DNA of 35,083 bases from a bacterium (GCA_023264495.1 JAHFMM010000004.1:1-35083); one strand, 5' to 3'. Positions 12,771 to 22,139 are shown, numbered from the stretch's first letter. The notes: generated by a model not told the origin, from the sequence alone. A program made the numbers and translations.

Positions 12771-13868
12771 TTAGGTGCGGCGGTGTGCGGCAACATTGAG
12801 CACTATGCCGCACATGAAAAGGATAGCGACCAGCGCCGTCCCGCCATGAGAAATGAACGGGAGCGGGAGACCCGTGAGCGGGATGATGCTGAGCATAGCC
12901 CCAATATTCATGAAGGCTTGAAATATGATGAGAAATGAAAAGCCAAGTGCGACAAGACCGCCAAAGAGGTCGCTCGAATTCCCCGCTATCACGACCCCGC
13001 GAGCGGCCAGTGCGACGAAGAGAATAATGAGAATAACTGCACCAATAAAGCCAGTTTCCTCTGCAAAAACAGCAAAGACCGAATCACCATCAGGCTCGGG
13101 AAGATAATTGAACTTCTCAACGCTCTGCCCGAAACCTCGCCCGAAGAATCCGCCTGACCCGACTGCAATCAATGCCTGCTGGATTTGATACCCACTTCCA
13201 AGAGCATTCGCAGAAGGATCTATAAATGTCTTGACGCGTTCGAGTGTATATGGACGCACCATAACCAGAATCGCGAGTCCGATGATGATTGCAAGTGCGA
13301 GGATACCGAAATCTCTCCAAGGTGCTCCGGCGGCAAAGTACATGATCATGCCAGTAATGATGAGAAGAAAAGCAGTCGATGTGTTTGGCTGCGCGAGGAG
13401 AATAACAACAGGCACAACAAGAATACCAACAAAGGAGATGAGTCCTTTCCTTATATTGGTGAGTTGACGTGCGCGCGGGGCGAGCCACCAAGCAAGCATG
13501 AACACGAAACCAATCTTCAAGAATTCGGCCGGCTGGATAGTTGTGAAGTGGAGATTGATCCACCGTGTCGCTCCGCCGGCATGGAATCCGATGCCAGGAA
13601 CGAATACGAGAAGGGTGATGATGAGCGTTACGGCATAGATAGGGAGCGCAAAGCGCCGTAAGTATGCGAGGGAGATGCGGCGCGCGGCAATGAAAGCGAT
13701 GAGACCGATGCCGAGACCGAGACCGGTCTGGAGAAGGATGTCGCGCGATACCGAACTACTCTCGCGCGCGAGGAGCCCGAGTGCGGCTGAAGAGAAGATG
13801 GCGATCCCCGCAAGCGCAAGCACCAGCACCAGCATGAGGAATATGCGATCACCGGACAAAGATTTCAT
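12771..13868 (-). CDS. ftsW: SEDS-family peptidoglycan glycosyltransferase (FtsW by dcw position)
   Basis: Polytopic membrane protein with NYLPEPDGDSVFAVFAEETGFIGA and PLPFISHGGTA motifs; lies between mraY and murG. Confidence 0.85.
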   Translation of the reverse strand: MKSLSGDRIFLMLVLVLALAGIAIFSSAALGLLARESSSVSRDILLQTGLGLGIGLIAFIAARRISLAYLRRFALPIYAVTLIITLLVFVPGIGFHAGGATRWINLHFTTIQPAEFLKIGFVFMLAWWLAPRARQLTNIRKGLISFVGILVVPVVILLAQPNTSTAFLLIITGMIMYFAAGAPWRDFGILALAIIIGLAILVMVRPYTLERVKTFIDPSANALGSGYQIQQALIAVGSGGFFGRGFGQSVEKFNYLPEPDGDSVFAVFAEETGFIGAVILIILFVALAARGVVIAGNSSDLFGGLVALGFSFLIIFQAFMNIGAMLSIIPLTGLPLPFISHGGTALVAILFMCGIVLNVAAHRRT

Positions 13869-14947
13869 ACGGGCTTCAAAAGCGCCACGGTCATGCCGAG
13901 AATGGCGCAGATGATTGAGATGATCCAGTACCGCATCGTTACTTTATACGAAGGCCACCCGATTGCTTCGAAGTGGTGATGCAGCGGGGCGATGCGGAGG
14001 ATCTTCTTCCCTCTGAACTTCTTCGAGGCCACCTGTACGATATTGGATGCCACGGTAACGACGAGCGGGAATGCGATGATGGGGAGCGCCGCGAGCCCGT
14101 AGCCGTTCCCGGGCGTATCGGTCATAACGGCGATAACCGCGAGAGTCATAGTGAGACCCATCGTACCGGTCTCGGTCATCCAGAATCGTGCGGGCGGTAT
14201 GTTGTACCAAAGGAAGGCGAGCGTTGCTCCGGTGAGGGTCGCTGAGAAAGCGGCGAGATTGATCTGGTCCTGGAAGTAGGCGATACCAGCATATGCCATG
14301 AATGCAGTACTGAAGACACCACCTGCAAGTCCATCAATCCCATCGATGACTCCGCCGGCATAGAGCCCGAGCGTGATGAGAATGAAAAGCGGAATAATGA
14401 ACGCGCCAAGCGCGAAAGTGCCATCGCCGGGGATACCGATCGAATCGATGCCGAGCTTCGTGTAGAACCACCACCCGATAAAGAGCGAGACGAGCGTGAC
14501 GAATACGAGCCGTGTGCGCAGGCGGACCCCTTTCTCGCCAGACGGATGAATGTCGAGCAGGTCGTTGATGAATCCCATGCTTGCACCGGCAAGCAAGGTA
14601 AAGAGCGGTATCCAGGTCTGGCTTCGGCTCAAGAAGTCGAGTTTCGCGAAAAATGGAATTGGTATGAAGCGCGCGAGAAGCCACATGCCGACCGGTATGA
14701 TGGTCGCTGTTGCCCAAATGAGGATGCCTCCCATGCGCGGCGTTCGTGTCTCGGTCCCGGCGTGGGTAGTAGCACGGATCTTCTCAAACTCGACAGCCCG
14801 TGTGCCGTCGAGTGCTGTCTTCCCGACAGTTTTTTTCCATACTTTATGCTTGTAGAGATAATGCGTGAGAAGCGGTGCGGTAAGAATCCCAAAGGCGAAT
14901 GCAGCCACTGCGGGGATAAAGACTTTGACGATGTCGGAGGTGCTCAT
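13865..14947 (-). CDS. mraY: phospho-N-acetylmuramoyl-pentapeptide transferase
   Basis: INDLLDI, VIDGIDGLAGG and RIAPLHHHFE motifs; 4-nt overlaps on both sides. Confidence 0.92.
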   Translation of the reverse strand: MSTSDIVKVFIPAVAAFAFGILTAPLLTHYLYKHKVWKKTVGKTALDGTRAVEFEKIRATTHAGTETRTPRMGGILIWATATIIPVGMWLLARFIPIPFFAKLDFLSRSQTWIPLFTLLAGASMGFINDLLDIHPSGEKGVRLRTRLVFVTLVSLFIGWWFYTKLGIDSIGIPGDGTFALGAFIIPLFILITLGLYAGGVIDGIDGLAGGVFSTAFMAYAGIAYFQDQINLAAFSATLTGATLAFLWYNIPPARFWMTETGTMGLTMTLAVIAVMTDTPGNGYGLAALPIIAFPLVVTVASNIVQVASKKFRGKKILRIAPLHHHFEAIGWPSYKVTMRYWIISIICAILGMTVALLKPV

Positions 14948-15894
14948 AGTGACGAGACGCCGGCAAAATGAGCAATCGTAGCGGCGACAAGCGCCGTTCC
15001 ATCGGTAAAGCGGGCGTTCTTTGACGAACCGAGAACGATGATGGAGATCGGGTGCATGATACCGGCGTCAAAGACGAGTGCGAGATTCCCGCCTGCGAGG
15101 TCGGTGTACCCTGTCTTCGAAAGAAGAAGACGCGGGATACTGGCAACCATCGGATCCGTATTCTTCACCGTGAGTGCCGCGCCTTGCTCAGAACGAGCGG
15201 TCACCTTCGCCTCGGTTGTCGCGCGGGCAATAGCAGGCGCCTGCTCGACGACAGCTCCCGCAAGGCGGGCAAGATCGCTCGCCGAGCCGTATCCGCCAGA
15301 CATCGTTGCACTCTCATCGAGGCCGCTGCCGTTCAAGGCATACGTTTGCGAGAGATCGAGTGCAGCAGCCGCGCCTGCGAGCAGAGCATGCTCCGATACG
15401 TCCTCTTGTGCGGCGACAATCTTCGCGATAGCAGCTGCGCCGTCATTAAGAGATGCCGTAAGTGTAATCCGTGCCAGGTCGGCAAGAGTGAAGGTCTGCC
15501 CGGCCTTGAGTGCATGAGGAGCTTCGACCTGAGTTGCTTCTGCAGGGATGGTGATCAGTGTGTTCTGTGAGAGATTGCGTACCGCTGCATATACGGTCAA
15601 AAGCTTCGTGAGCGATGCGAGCGGAAGCTGAGCTTCGGGATTCTTAGCATAGAGCGTTTCTCCAGTTGCCAGATCGTAGACGATGGCCGCTTTTGCATCA
15701 ATCTGCACTTTTGAAAAAGAGTCCGGTACAGTCGGAACCGCCCCTGCTATGTGTTTCGGTGAGATGGGTTTAGTAAACATGCTCGTAATGAGAATTGTCG
15801 TAGCGAGAATGCCTGACGCGAGAAGAATTGCAATACCGACTTCACGCATGAAGCGGGTACGTTCGGCAAGATCTTTGAGTTCAGCGGAGTTCAT
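14944..15894 (-). CDS. serine-type D-Ala-D-Ala carboxypeptidase (S11, low-MW PBP) with N-terminal membrane anchor
   Basis: SxxK (LASLTKLLT), SxN-like (NGSGLD) and KTG (SKTGYT) motifs in order. Confidence 0.8.
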   Translation of the reverse strand: MNSAELKDLAERTRFMREVGIAILLASGILATTILITSMFTKPISPKHIAGAVPTVPDSFSKVQIDAKAAIVYDLATGETLYAKNPEAQLPLASLTKLLTVYAAVRNLSQNTLITIPAEATQVEAPHALKAGQTFTLADLARITLTASLNDGAAAIAKIVAAQEDVSEHALLAGAAAALDLSQTYALNGSGLDESATMSGGYGSASDLARLAGAVVEQAPAIARATTEAKVTARSEQGAALTVKNTDPMVASIPRLLLSKTGYTDLAGGNLALVFDAGIMHPISIIVLGSSKNARFTDGTALVAATIAHFAGVSSL

Positions 15895-15896
15895 GA

Positions 15897-16475
15897 CTAT
15901 GCAGAAGTCTCGGTAGCAGAAGCTTCAACGATTGCGTGCGTGGCGCGACTCAATTCCTCAGCACGCGGGAGATCATCAAGAGAAGAGATGCCGAGGTGTG
16001 CAAGCGCTTCGGTCGTGAGCGTGTAGCGTTGTCGCCGTTTATCACGAACATCTTCTCTCCCCTCAATGAGTCCGCGCAGAAGCAAGATACGGAGCGATGC
16101 CGAGGAATTGACGCCGCGCACCCAATCAATCTCGCTCCTGGTCGCGCCTGTCTGCCCGGCAGACAGACCGCCATGGTACGCAATAACTGCAAGAGTTTCA
16201 AGACTCCCTTTCCCCAAATCACGAGAGAGTTCGCTCTCGCGAAGCGTCTTCACGACCGCGGCCGCTTCCGGTGCAGTGCGGAGCTCGAGATCGGTCTCGG
16301 TCTCGACAAGCGCTATGCCATGGCTGGCAAGCGACGCTTGCAATGCTGAGGTTGTCGTAGCAAGATCTTTTTCTCGTATATCCAACAGTGCTACGAGACG
16401 TTTCTTCTCGACCGGCCCGCCAGAGGCAAAAAGAATTGCTTCAAGCGCGCCTGGCGGGGTTATCATGTCCCTCAT
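15897..16475 (-). CDS. scpB: segregation and condensation protein B
   Basis: LEAILFASGGPV N-terminal signature, two winged-helix-like halves, directly downstream of scpA. Confidence 0.85.
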   Translation of the reverse strand: MRDMITPPGALEAILFASGGPVEKKRLVALLDIREKDLATTTSALQASLASHGIALVETETDLELRTAPEAAAVVKTLRESELSRDLGKGSLETLAVIAYHGGLSAGQTGATRSEIDWVRGVNSSASLRILLLRGLIEGREDVRDKRRQRYTLTTEALAHLGISSLDDLPRAEELSRATHAIVEASATETSA

Positions 16476-16533
16476 TGTAGCCCATTCCCTCCCTTCTCGG
16501 CAACGCTCTATTCTGGGGATCCGTCAGATGCTC

Positions 16534-17301
16534 CTATTCGTACCGAGGAGTAGCTGAAGCTGAGGTATGAGAGATCTGGATGTCGCCATGCCGTTCATGC
16601 TGGTCGGCAGCGACCGCGCCCTGCTTCACGAGCTCGAGGAGAGCGAGAAAGGAGACAATGACCTCCACCCTCTCCCTCGTATTGCCCGCTTGTGGTGAGC
16701 CTGTCGAACCCACAAACTCTTTGAAAGAGAGCGTGAGCGCGCTCTGTACCCGCTTCGCGAGCCGGTCCATGATTTCTTCGATCGAGACGAGCGGCTTCAC
16801 GCGTGTCTCGGGGAGATTCTCTACTTCTTCACGCGCGGCAAGGACGCGTGCGAGCGCCTCGGCGAGCGCCTCTTTGCTCAAATCGCCGGAGGGAGAGAAG
16901 AATGGTTCCGGAACACGCACGCCAGCAGGAAGAAGCATGGTCTTGCCGAAGATGCGCGCGAGTTCGCGCGAAGCGTCACGGACTTTCTCATACGCCTCGA
17001 GACGCCGTTTCAGGTCTTCGACATCAGCGTTCTCTTCTTCAGTCAGATCGAGGTCGGGTATGAGTGATTTTGATTTGATCAGGAGAAGTGTCGCCGCAAT
17101 TTGTATGAAATTTGCCGTCTCTTCGACAGGGAACATTTCTTGAGCGCGCACGTGCTGGATGAAATCTTCGGTAATTAAGGCGAGTGCCAAGTCGTTGATG
17201 AGAAGCTTCCTTGCGGCGATAAGATCGAGCACTACCTCAAACGGACCTTCATACGACGAAGTCTTGATAGAGAATCCCGTGCGCGGCGCTACGATTTCCA
17301 T
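16534..17301 (-). CDS. scpA: segregation and condensation protein A (kleisin)
   Basis: YEGPFEVVLDLIAARKLLINDLALALITEDFIQHV matches the ScpA N-terminal signature. It overlaps the pepA end by 13 nt, so the start is slightly uncertain. Confidence 0.85.
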   Translation of the reverse strand: MEIVAPRTGFSIKTSSYEGPFEVVLDLIAARKLLINDLALALITEDFIQHVRAQEMFPVEETANFIQIAATLLLIKSKSLIPDLDLTEEENADVEDLKRRLEAYEKVRDASRELARIFGKTMLLPAGVRVPEPFFSPSGDLSKEALAEALARVLAAREEVENLPETRVKPLVSIEEIMDRLAKRVQSALTLSFKEFVGSTGSPQAGNTRERVEVIVSFLALLELVKQGAVAADQHERHGDIQISHTSASATPRYE

Positions 17302-18701
17302 TGTTCGATAAAATGAGTAAGGAGTCGAACTGGCGCGCCTGCCGCACCCTTCGCAAGTTCATCACCCGGTGCGGTAGTCATCCTCGGCGCAATGTCGAGA
17401 TGCGCCCACGGACAATCGAGCTCTTTGGCAAACTGCCAGAGGAACATCCCGCCCTCAATCGTGCCGCCATAGCGCCCTCCAGGGCCGTTTGAGATATTCG
17501 CGATATCAGCAAAGGTGCCTTTCACCATATCTTCATATTCATCCCAAAGCGGGAGCCGCCACACATAGTCGCCAGACGCTTCCCCGCTCTCGCTCACGCG
17601 AGTCGCGAGAGCATCATCGCGGGTAAGGAGAGCGCTTGCGTGGAGACCAAGCGCAGAGAGTGCTGCACCAGTGAGTGTCGCAACATCGATGACGACAGAT
17701 GGTTTGAACCGTTTTGCATAGGTAAGCGCATCGGCGAGGATAAGGCGGCCTTCAGCATCAGTGTTTAAAACCTCAATCGTTTTTCCCGAAAGCGATTTTA
17801 AGATATCGCCCGGCCGATACGCATTGTTCCCCGGCATATTCTCGACTGAAGGAATGAGCCCGATGACCCGCTTCTTAAGTTTCAATCGAGCGGCAAGCGC
17901 CACGGTATGGATAACAGCCGCGGCACCTGACATGTCCATGTGCATCTCATAGATGCCGCTTGATGGCTTCAGGTTGAGTCCACCGCTATCGAAGGTAACG
18001 CCTTTTCCGGCGAGCACGATAGGGTCCCCTTTTCCTCCCTTGTAGTCAAGGATGGTGAAAGTCGGCGCTTCGGTCGAACCTTTTGCGACACCAAGCAGGG
18101 CGCCCATGCCGATTTTCTGCATCTCTTTCTTCCCGAGTATCATTACTTTGACCGGAAGACCCCTGACCGCGTCCTTTGCCGCGCGCGCAAGGAGTGTCGG
18201 CGTCATATCGCCGCCCGGCATGTTGGCGAGCGAGCGACACGCATTCACCGCCCTACCGATCTCTTGTCCCTTCATGACGGCTTTTGCGAGCGAGGCTGAC
18301 GAGGCCCCGCACAGGAGGATCTCATCAACGGCGGTCCATCCTTCTTTCGGCCTCGTCTTAAATACCGTGAATTCGAAGTTTGCCATCTCAAAGTTCTCGG
18401 CAGCGAGCTGGAACAATTCTTCACGAGGATACGGCTTCAGCTTTTTTGCCGTTGCGAGAGACGCAAGATCAAGCGCAATCTTCTTGCGCTTATTTGCTTT
18501 GGCGGCATTCACAACAGCTCGGCAGAGCACGATGCATTGGCGCCGATTCAGCTCATCCTGCTTCCCTACGCCGATCTCAAGTGTCTCAATATCTTTCTCG
18601 CGAACAAAAGTGCGTGTCCCTTTTGACGTATCGGTAAACTGGATACGCGTGTATCCTTTTGGCGCTTTTGTCAGATCTCCTTTTTGTATCGCGATGTTCA
18701 T
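17289..18701 (-). CDS. pepA: leucyl aminopeptidase (M17)
   Basis: GKGVTFDSGGLNLKP and NTDAEGRLILADAL catalytic-domain signatures. Confidence 0.9.
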   Translation of the reverse strand: MNIAIQKGDLTKAPKGYTRIQFTDTSKGTRTFVREKDIETLEIGVGKQDELNRRQCIVLCRAVVNAAKANKRKKIALDLASLATAKKLKPYPREELFQLAAENFEMANFEFTVFKTRPKEGWTAVDEILLCGASSASLAKAVMKGQEIGRAVNACRSLANMPGGDMTPTLLARAAKDAVRGLPVKVMILGKKEMQKIGMGALLGVAKGSTEAPTFTILDYKGGKGDPIVLAGKGVTFDSGGLNLKPSSGIYEMHMDMSGAAAVIHTVALAARLKLKKRVIGLIPSVENMPGNNAYRPGDILKSLSGKTIEVLNTDAEGRLILADALTYAKRFKPSVVIDVATLTGAALSALGLHASALLTRDDALATRVSESGEASGDYVWRLPLWDEYEDMVKGTFADIANISNGPGGRYGGTIEGGMFLWQFAKELDCPWAHLDIAPRMTTAPGDELAKGAAGAPVRLLTHFIEQWKS

Positions 18702-20062
18702 GACTCTTTGGTTATCTGAGCAGTGGCGTGTTCGGTCTCGGCGGCTTCAGCATTGTCTGAGAGAAGGATGTCGATACGGTTCAGGTCGCGCGGGAAGAGT
18801 GCGGCCTCTTTTACGTTTGAGAGGTTCAGCATGCGGGCAGTGAGCCGCTCAAGCCCAGTCGAGCAGCCGCCGTGCGGAGGAAGGCCGTATTTGAATGCTT
18901 GGAGATAGAACGAGAACTTCTTCGGATCCATACCGCGCGCCTCGATGCGCTGCACCATCTCGTCGTACGTGTGAATGCGCTCGGCACCGCTATTGATCTC
19001 AAGCCCGCGAAAGAGGAGATCGAAGCCGCGCGAGTACGGCGCTTCAGAGGGGTCTTCATAGGTATAAAAGGCGCGTGACTTTGTCGGGAACTTAGTGATA
19101 AATACGAAGTCTGATCCATGCTTCTCCTTAGCCCATTCGCAGATCTTGCGCTCGTGCTCCGGCTCCATGTCGTCCATAGGAGCAACACCGAGCGTCTCAT
19201 GCGCCTCTCTGAGCGTCAGCACGGGGAACTTCTCTCCGAGCAGAGGCGTCTCCGTCTTGAGCGTGGCGAACACGTCCACATGCTTCTCGACGACCTCCGT
19301 GACGACATCGCGGATAACACCCTCAAGAACCTCCATGACCTCGCGCTCGTCTTTGATGAATCCCATCTCAAAGTCCATCTGCGTGAGCTCGGAGAGGTGG
19401 CGCGTGGTCGCGCTCTTCTCAGCGCGGAAGATGCGCGCGATCGTGAAGACGCGTTCAAAGGCGCCGACCAATATCTGTTTGTAGAGTTGCGGCGAGGTCG
19501 CGAGATACGCCGTCTTATCATAAAAATAATCGACCTTGAACACGGCGGAACCGCCCTCGGCATCGCCGCCCACAAGCGCCGGCGCTTGGAACTCGGTGAA
19601 TCCTTGACGAGCAAGCGAGCGGCGATAGGCATCGGCAATGGTTGCCTGCACGGCGAAAATCGCGCGGTCGCGTTCGCTCCGGAGCGTGAGCGGCCGATAG
19701 TCGAGGCGGGTATCGAGATTGAGTTCGGTATCCTTCTCAAACGGCAATTCCTGCGCGCGTACGAGCACGGTGATAGTAGTCGCTTCAAGTTCGACACGGC
19801 CGTTGACACCCTCGATTCGCATCTTCTCAGGACGTTCGTTCACGACGCCTTCGATCGTGATGATCCACTCACTGCGAAGCTCTTGGGCGGTAGCGAGCGC
19901 TTCAGTATGGTTCGGAAGACAGACGACTTGCACGTTCCCCGATCGATCGCGGATATCGAGGAAGATAAGCTTTCCATGATCGCGGCGGACATCGACCGAA
20001 CCCGAAATCGAGACCGTCTTGCCGATATATTGCTCAAGCTCCCCAATAAGAATGCGTTGCAT
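18698..20062 (-). CDS. aspS: aspartate--tRNA ligase, archaeal/eukaryal type (possibly non-discriminating)
   Basis: Class II motifs FRAEKSATTRHLSELTQMDFEM and GLPPHGGCSTGLERL...LFPRDLNRI; size ~455 aa. I start at ATG 20062 (MQRILIGEL) because the ORF-track ATG at 20083 lies inside a strong hairpin. Asp versus Asn specificity is a motif-memory call. Confidence 0.8.
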   Translation of the reverse strand: MQRILIGELEQYIGKTVSISGSVDVRRDHGKLIFLDIRDRSGNVQVVCLPNHTEALATAQELRSEWIITIEGVVNERPEKMRIEGVNGRVELEATTITVLVRAQELPFEKDTELNLDTRLDYRPLTLRSERDRAIFAVQATIADAYRRSLARQGFTEFQAPALVGGDAEGGSAVFKVDYFYDKTAYLATSPQLYKQILVGAFERVFTIARIFRAEKSATTRHLSELTQMDFEMGFIKDEREVMEVLEGVIRDVVTEVVEKHVDVFATLKTETPLLGEKFPVLTLREAHETLGVAPMDDMEPEHERKICEWAKEKHGSDFVFITKFPTKSRAFYTYEDPSEAPYSRGFDLLFRGLEINSGAERIHTYDEMVQRIEARGMDPKKFSFYLQAFKYGLPPHGGCSTGLERLTARMLNLSNVKEAALFPRDLNRIDILLSDNAEAAETEHATAQITKES

Positions 20063-20080
20063 AATATCTATAAAATAGCA

Positions 20081-20104
20081 CATCCCGCGGTTTTTTGCGG
20101 GATG
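20081..20104 (-). terminator. 8-bp GC-rich hairpin (CATCCCGC / GCGGGATG, 8-nt loop) between the M19-like gene and aspS; possible intrinsic terminator or attenuator
   Basis: On the minus strand the stem is followed by TGCTATTTTATAG. Read directly. Confidence 0.4.
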
Positions 20105-20121
20105 TTGTAGCGAATCCTCCT

Positions 20122-21012
20122 TCAGATTCGCGGTAAAGAACGGTGCAGGAAATATCGGAAATTATTGCCCAAGACGCCTTGCAGGACGTCATCAGAAAAG
20201 CCAGCATGGTTTTGCAATGCCTTCTTCTGTGCATCGATAATCGACATATCCAGGAATTGGCAATCGCTCCCGATACCAACACGTTTCGATCCCATCATTT
20301 GAGTAGCGTATTGCACATGATAGACGAACTCTCGGGGGTAATAACTTCCCTTTGCGGCGATGATAAAGGTAATCGCGGGAATGCCGCAATACCCGTCAAG
20401 ATCGGCGACTGCGCTGAGGACGGCATTCGAAACATTCCGCGGACTCATATACACAGAATGACATCCTGAATGCGACAACATCACCTTCACCGGTAGATCT
20501 TCCCGGTGGATCAGGCGCATCGCATTCATTGCCGTCTGTTCGTTGGCATGCGACAAATCGAGGATGATGCCGAGCTCGGCAAATTGCCGGATCAGCCACT
20601 CGCCGCGCTGTTTCAAGCCGCCGTGAGTCGCATAGCCCGACCCGTACTCGTTCTCAGATTGGTATGCGATTGCTCCGATGCGCAAGCTGTCATCGCGAAG
20701 TGCTCGTAGCACATCGCTCGTCATCTTGCACGGCATGTGCTGCAGGCCGAGGATGACCTTGATACCGGCGAAACATTCCTCCACATCGCTTTTCCGGCGG
20801 GCGAAGCTCACGAGCGGATTTCGCAGGATCTGCTCGGCGAATATCTGGTGTACCTTGAGCGCCTCTTCAGCATTCTCGATCATCGGCGGTACGCTGGTTA
20901 TGAGCGCCAGATCTATCGCTGGCTGTGTCGGCAGGACAGGTTGCTTCCATGGCAGTCCGAAGAATGCTTGGGAATCAGCACGGAATACCGTGCGTTTGTT
21001 TTCAGTTTTCAA
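20122..21012 (-). CDS. divergent membrane-dipeptidase (M19)-like protein, paralog 1 (296 aa), canonical metal ligands partly missing
   Basis: The core aligns by eye to renal-dipeptidase-type proteins: VILGLQH...VLRALRDDSLRIGAIAY, GIILDLSH, VMLSHSG, PRNVSNAVL, VGIGSDC. TTG start at 21012 is preceded by AAGGAGG with a 5-nt spacer. Confidence 0.7.
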   Translation of the reverse strand: MKTENKRTVFRADSQAFFGLPWKQPVLPTQPAIDLALITSVPPMIENAEEALKVHQIFAEQILRNPLVSFARRKSDVEECFAGIKVILGLQHMPCKMTSDVLRALRDDSLRIGAIAYQSENEYGSGYATHGGLKQRGEWLIRQFAELGIILDLSHANEQTAMNAMRLIHREDLPVKVMLSHSGCHSVYMSPRNVSNAVLSAVADLDGYCGIPAITFIIAAKGSYYPREFVYHVQYATQMMGSKRVGIGSDCQFLDMSIIDAQKKALQNHAGFSDDVLQGVLGNNFRYFLHRSLPRI

Positions 21013-21064
21013 TCGAGCCTCCTTTTCGTTGGCGGTTTATCTGCATTCCCCTTGCGAGTCCTCA

Positions 21065-22060
21065 TCAGACCCGCGGCAAAGAACGCTCAAGAAAGTGCCG
21101 GAAACTCCGGCCGAGGATATCGTTGGCGACACTCGAGTTGAGTGTCGTGCGCAATTCACGTTCGAGAAGCTCGAATAAAGCCGACCCTCGGTGGATGGCC
21201 TCAACTGAACGATCGGGGAAATATGCCCCGAGCGCCTCGTCGTTGCCGACCAATTCGAGCATGCGTTCGAAGTTCTTCTTGGCCGCAGTGAGCGTCATAT
21301 TCACATGCGGACAATCGCTTCCGATGCCGACCTTTCCCGGCCCCATCTCGTGCACGGCGTGTTCAACGTGCCGCATGAACTTGAGTAGTGAGGCACAGCA
21401 CGATCCCGCATCGTGCAAGAGGAACGTGATGAGCGGGATACCGATGTATCCATCAAGCGCGGAGAGGCGCAAGAGCACCTCGTTCGATATGTTGCGTTTA
21501 TGCTTGTACACCGCACTGCATCCCGAGTGTGATGCCATCACGCCGCACTCGAGCCCTTCACTCCAGATGAGCTCGAATGCGTCCATGGCCGTCTCCTCAT
21601 TTGCATAAGAGATATCGAGCGTGATGCCGAGCTTGTCATACTGCCGGATGAGCCACTTGCCGCGTTCTGTGAGACCGCCCTCGGCCGCGTATCCTGAGCC
21701 GTAGGCAGTCGCTCCTTTGTAGGCGATAGCACCGAAGCGAAGGCCGTCGTTGTAGAGGGCGCGAAGCTGGCCTTCAGTCATCTTGTTTGGCACATGCTGC
21801 AGGCCGAGCACGACGCCGATATCCGAGCTGAGCGGGTTCGCAAGATCGTCCTTGCGACGGACAATACATACTCCATTGTTGCGAGTAACCTGACCGACGA
21901 ACGCTTGGTGCGCATGAATGACTTCAATGGGGTCATTCACAAATGGCGGCACGCTTGTGAGGAGCGCAAGATTGAGTTGCGGCCCCTCGCCGGGGATGAA
22001 GATCGGCGGCTTGCCCTGAGGGGCGAAAAACGCCTGCGAGTCTGCGAAATATGTTTTCAA
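21065..22060 (-). CDS. divergent membrane-dipeptidase (M19)-like protein, paralog 2 (331 aa)
   Basis: Same core: VVLGLQH, LRFGAIAY, GITLDISY, VMASHSG, KRNISNEVL, VGIGSDC. TTG start at 22060 is preceded by GGGAGG with a 5-nt spacer. It shares the N-terminal ADSQAFF motif with paralog 1. Confidence 0.7.
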   Translation of the reverse strand: MKTYFADSQAFFAPQGKPPIFIPGEGPQLNLALLTSVPPFVNDPIEVIHAHQAFVGQVTRNNGVCIVRRKDDLANPLSSDIGVVLGLQHVPNKMTEGQLRALYNDGLRFGAIAYKGATAYGSGYAAEGGLTERGKWLIRQYDKLGITLDISYANEETAMDAFELIWSEGLECGVMASHSGCSAVYKHKRNISNEVLLRLSALDGYIGIPLITFLLHDAGSCCASLLKFMRHVEHAVHEMGPGKVGIGSDCPHVNMTLTAAKKNFERMLELVGNDEALGAYFPDRSVEAIHRGSALFELLERELRTTLNSSVANDILGRSFRHFLERSLPRV

Positions 22061-22139
22061 GATTGCCTCCCATTTTGGTTGACGATTACAAATCCCTTGC
22101 GGGTCCGCTTGCTAGTATAACATATAATTGGGTGATGGG

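Noticed and set aside
19118-20110. Long plus-strand ORFs antisense to minus-strand genes: 19118..20110 (330 aa), 32368..33252 (294 aa), 11736..12539 (267 aa), 18052..18843 (263 aa), 23849..24550 (233 aa), 20925..21608 (227 aa), 33850..34494 (214 aa), 26875..27492 (205 aa).
   Set aside because: Each lies fully inside a minus-strand gene with clear family motifs. Their translations are Arg/Ser/Ala/Gly-rich low-complexity strings typical of shadow frames in GC-rich DNA. None has an SD or a recognisable motif.
20113-20120. Strong AGGAGG right after the stop of M19-like paralog 1, as the SD of a missed small gene.
   Set aside because: No ATG, GTG or TTG lies within 5-12 nt downstream. The next start codon is inside the hairpin, 30 nt away. 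It is reported only as context for the hairpin finding.
22061-22139. Terminator after trpS (small CCC-GCAA-GGG and GCGG-ACC-CGC stems followed by ATTTGT on the minus strand).
   Set aside because: The stems are only 3-4 bp and the U-tract is poor. That is not enough evidence to annotate a terminator.
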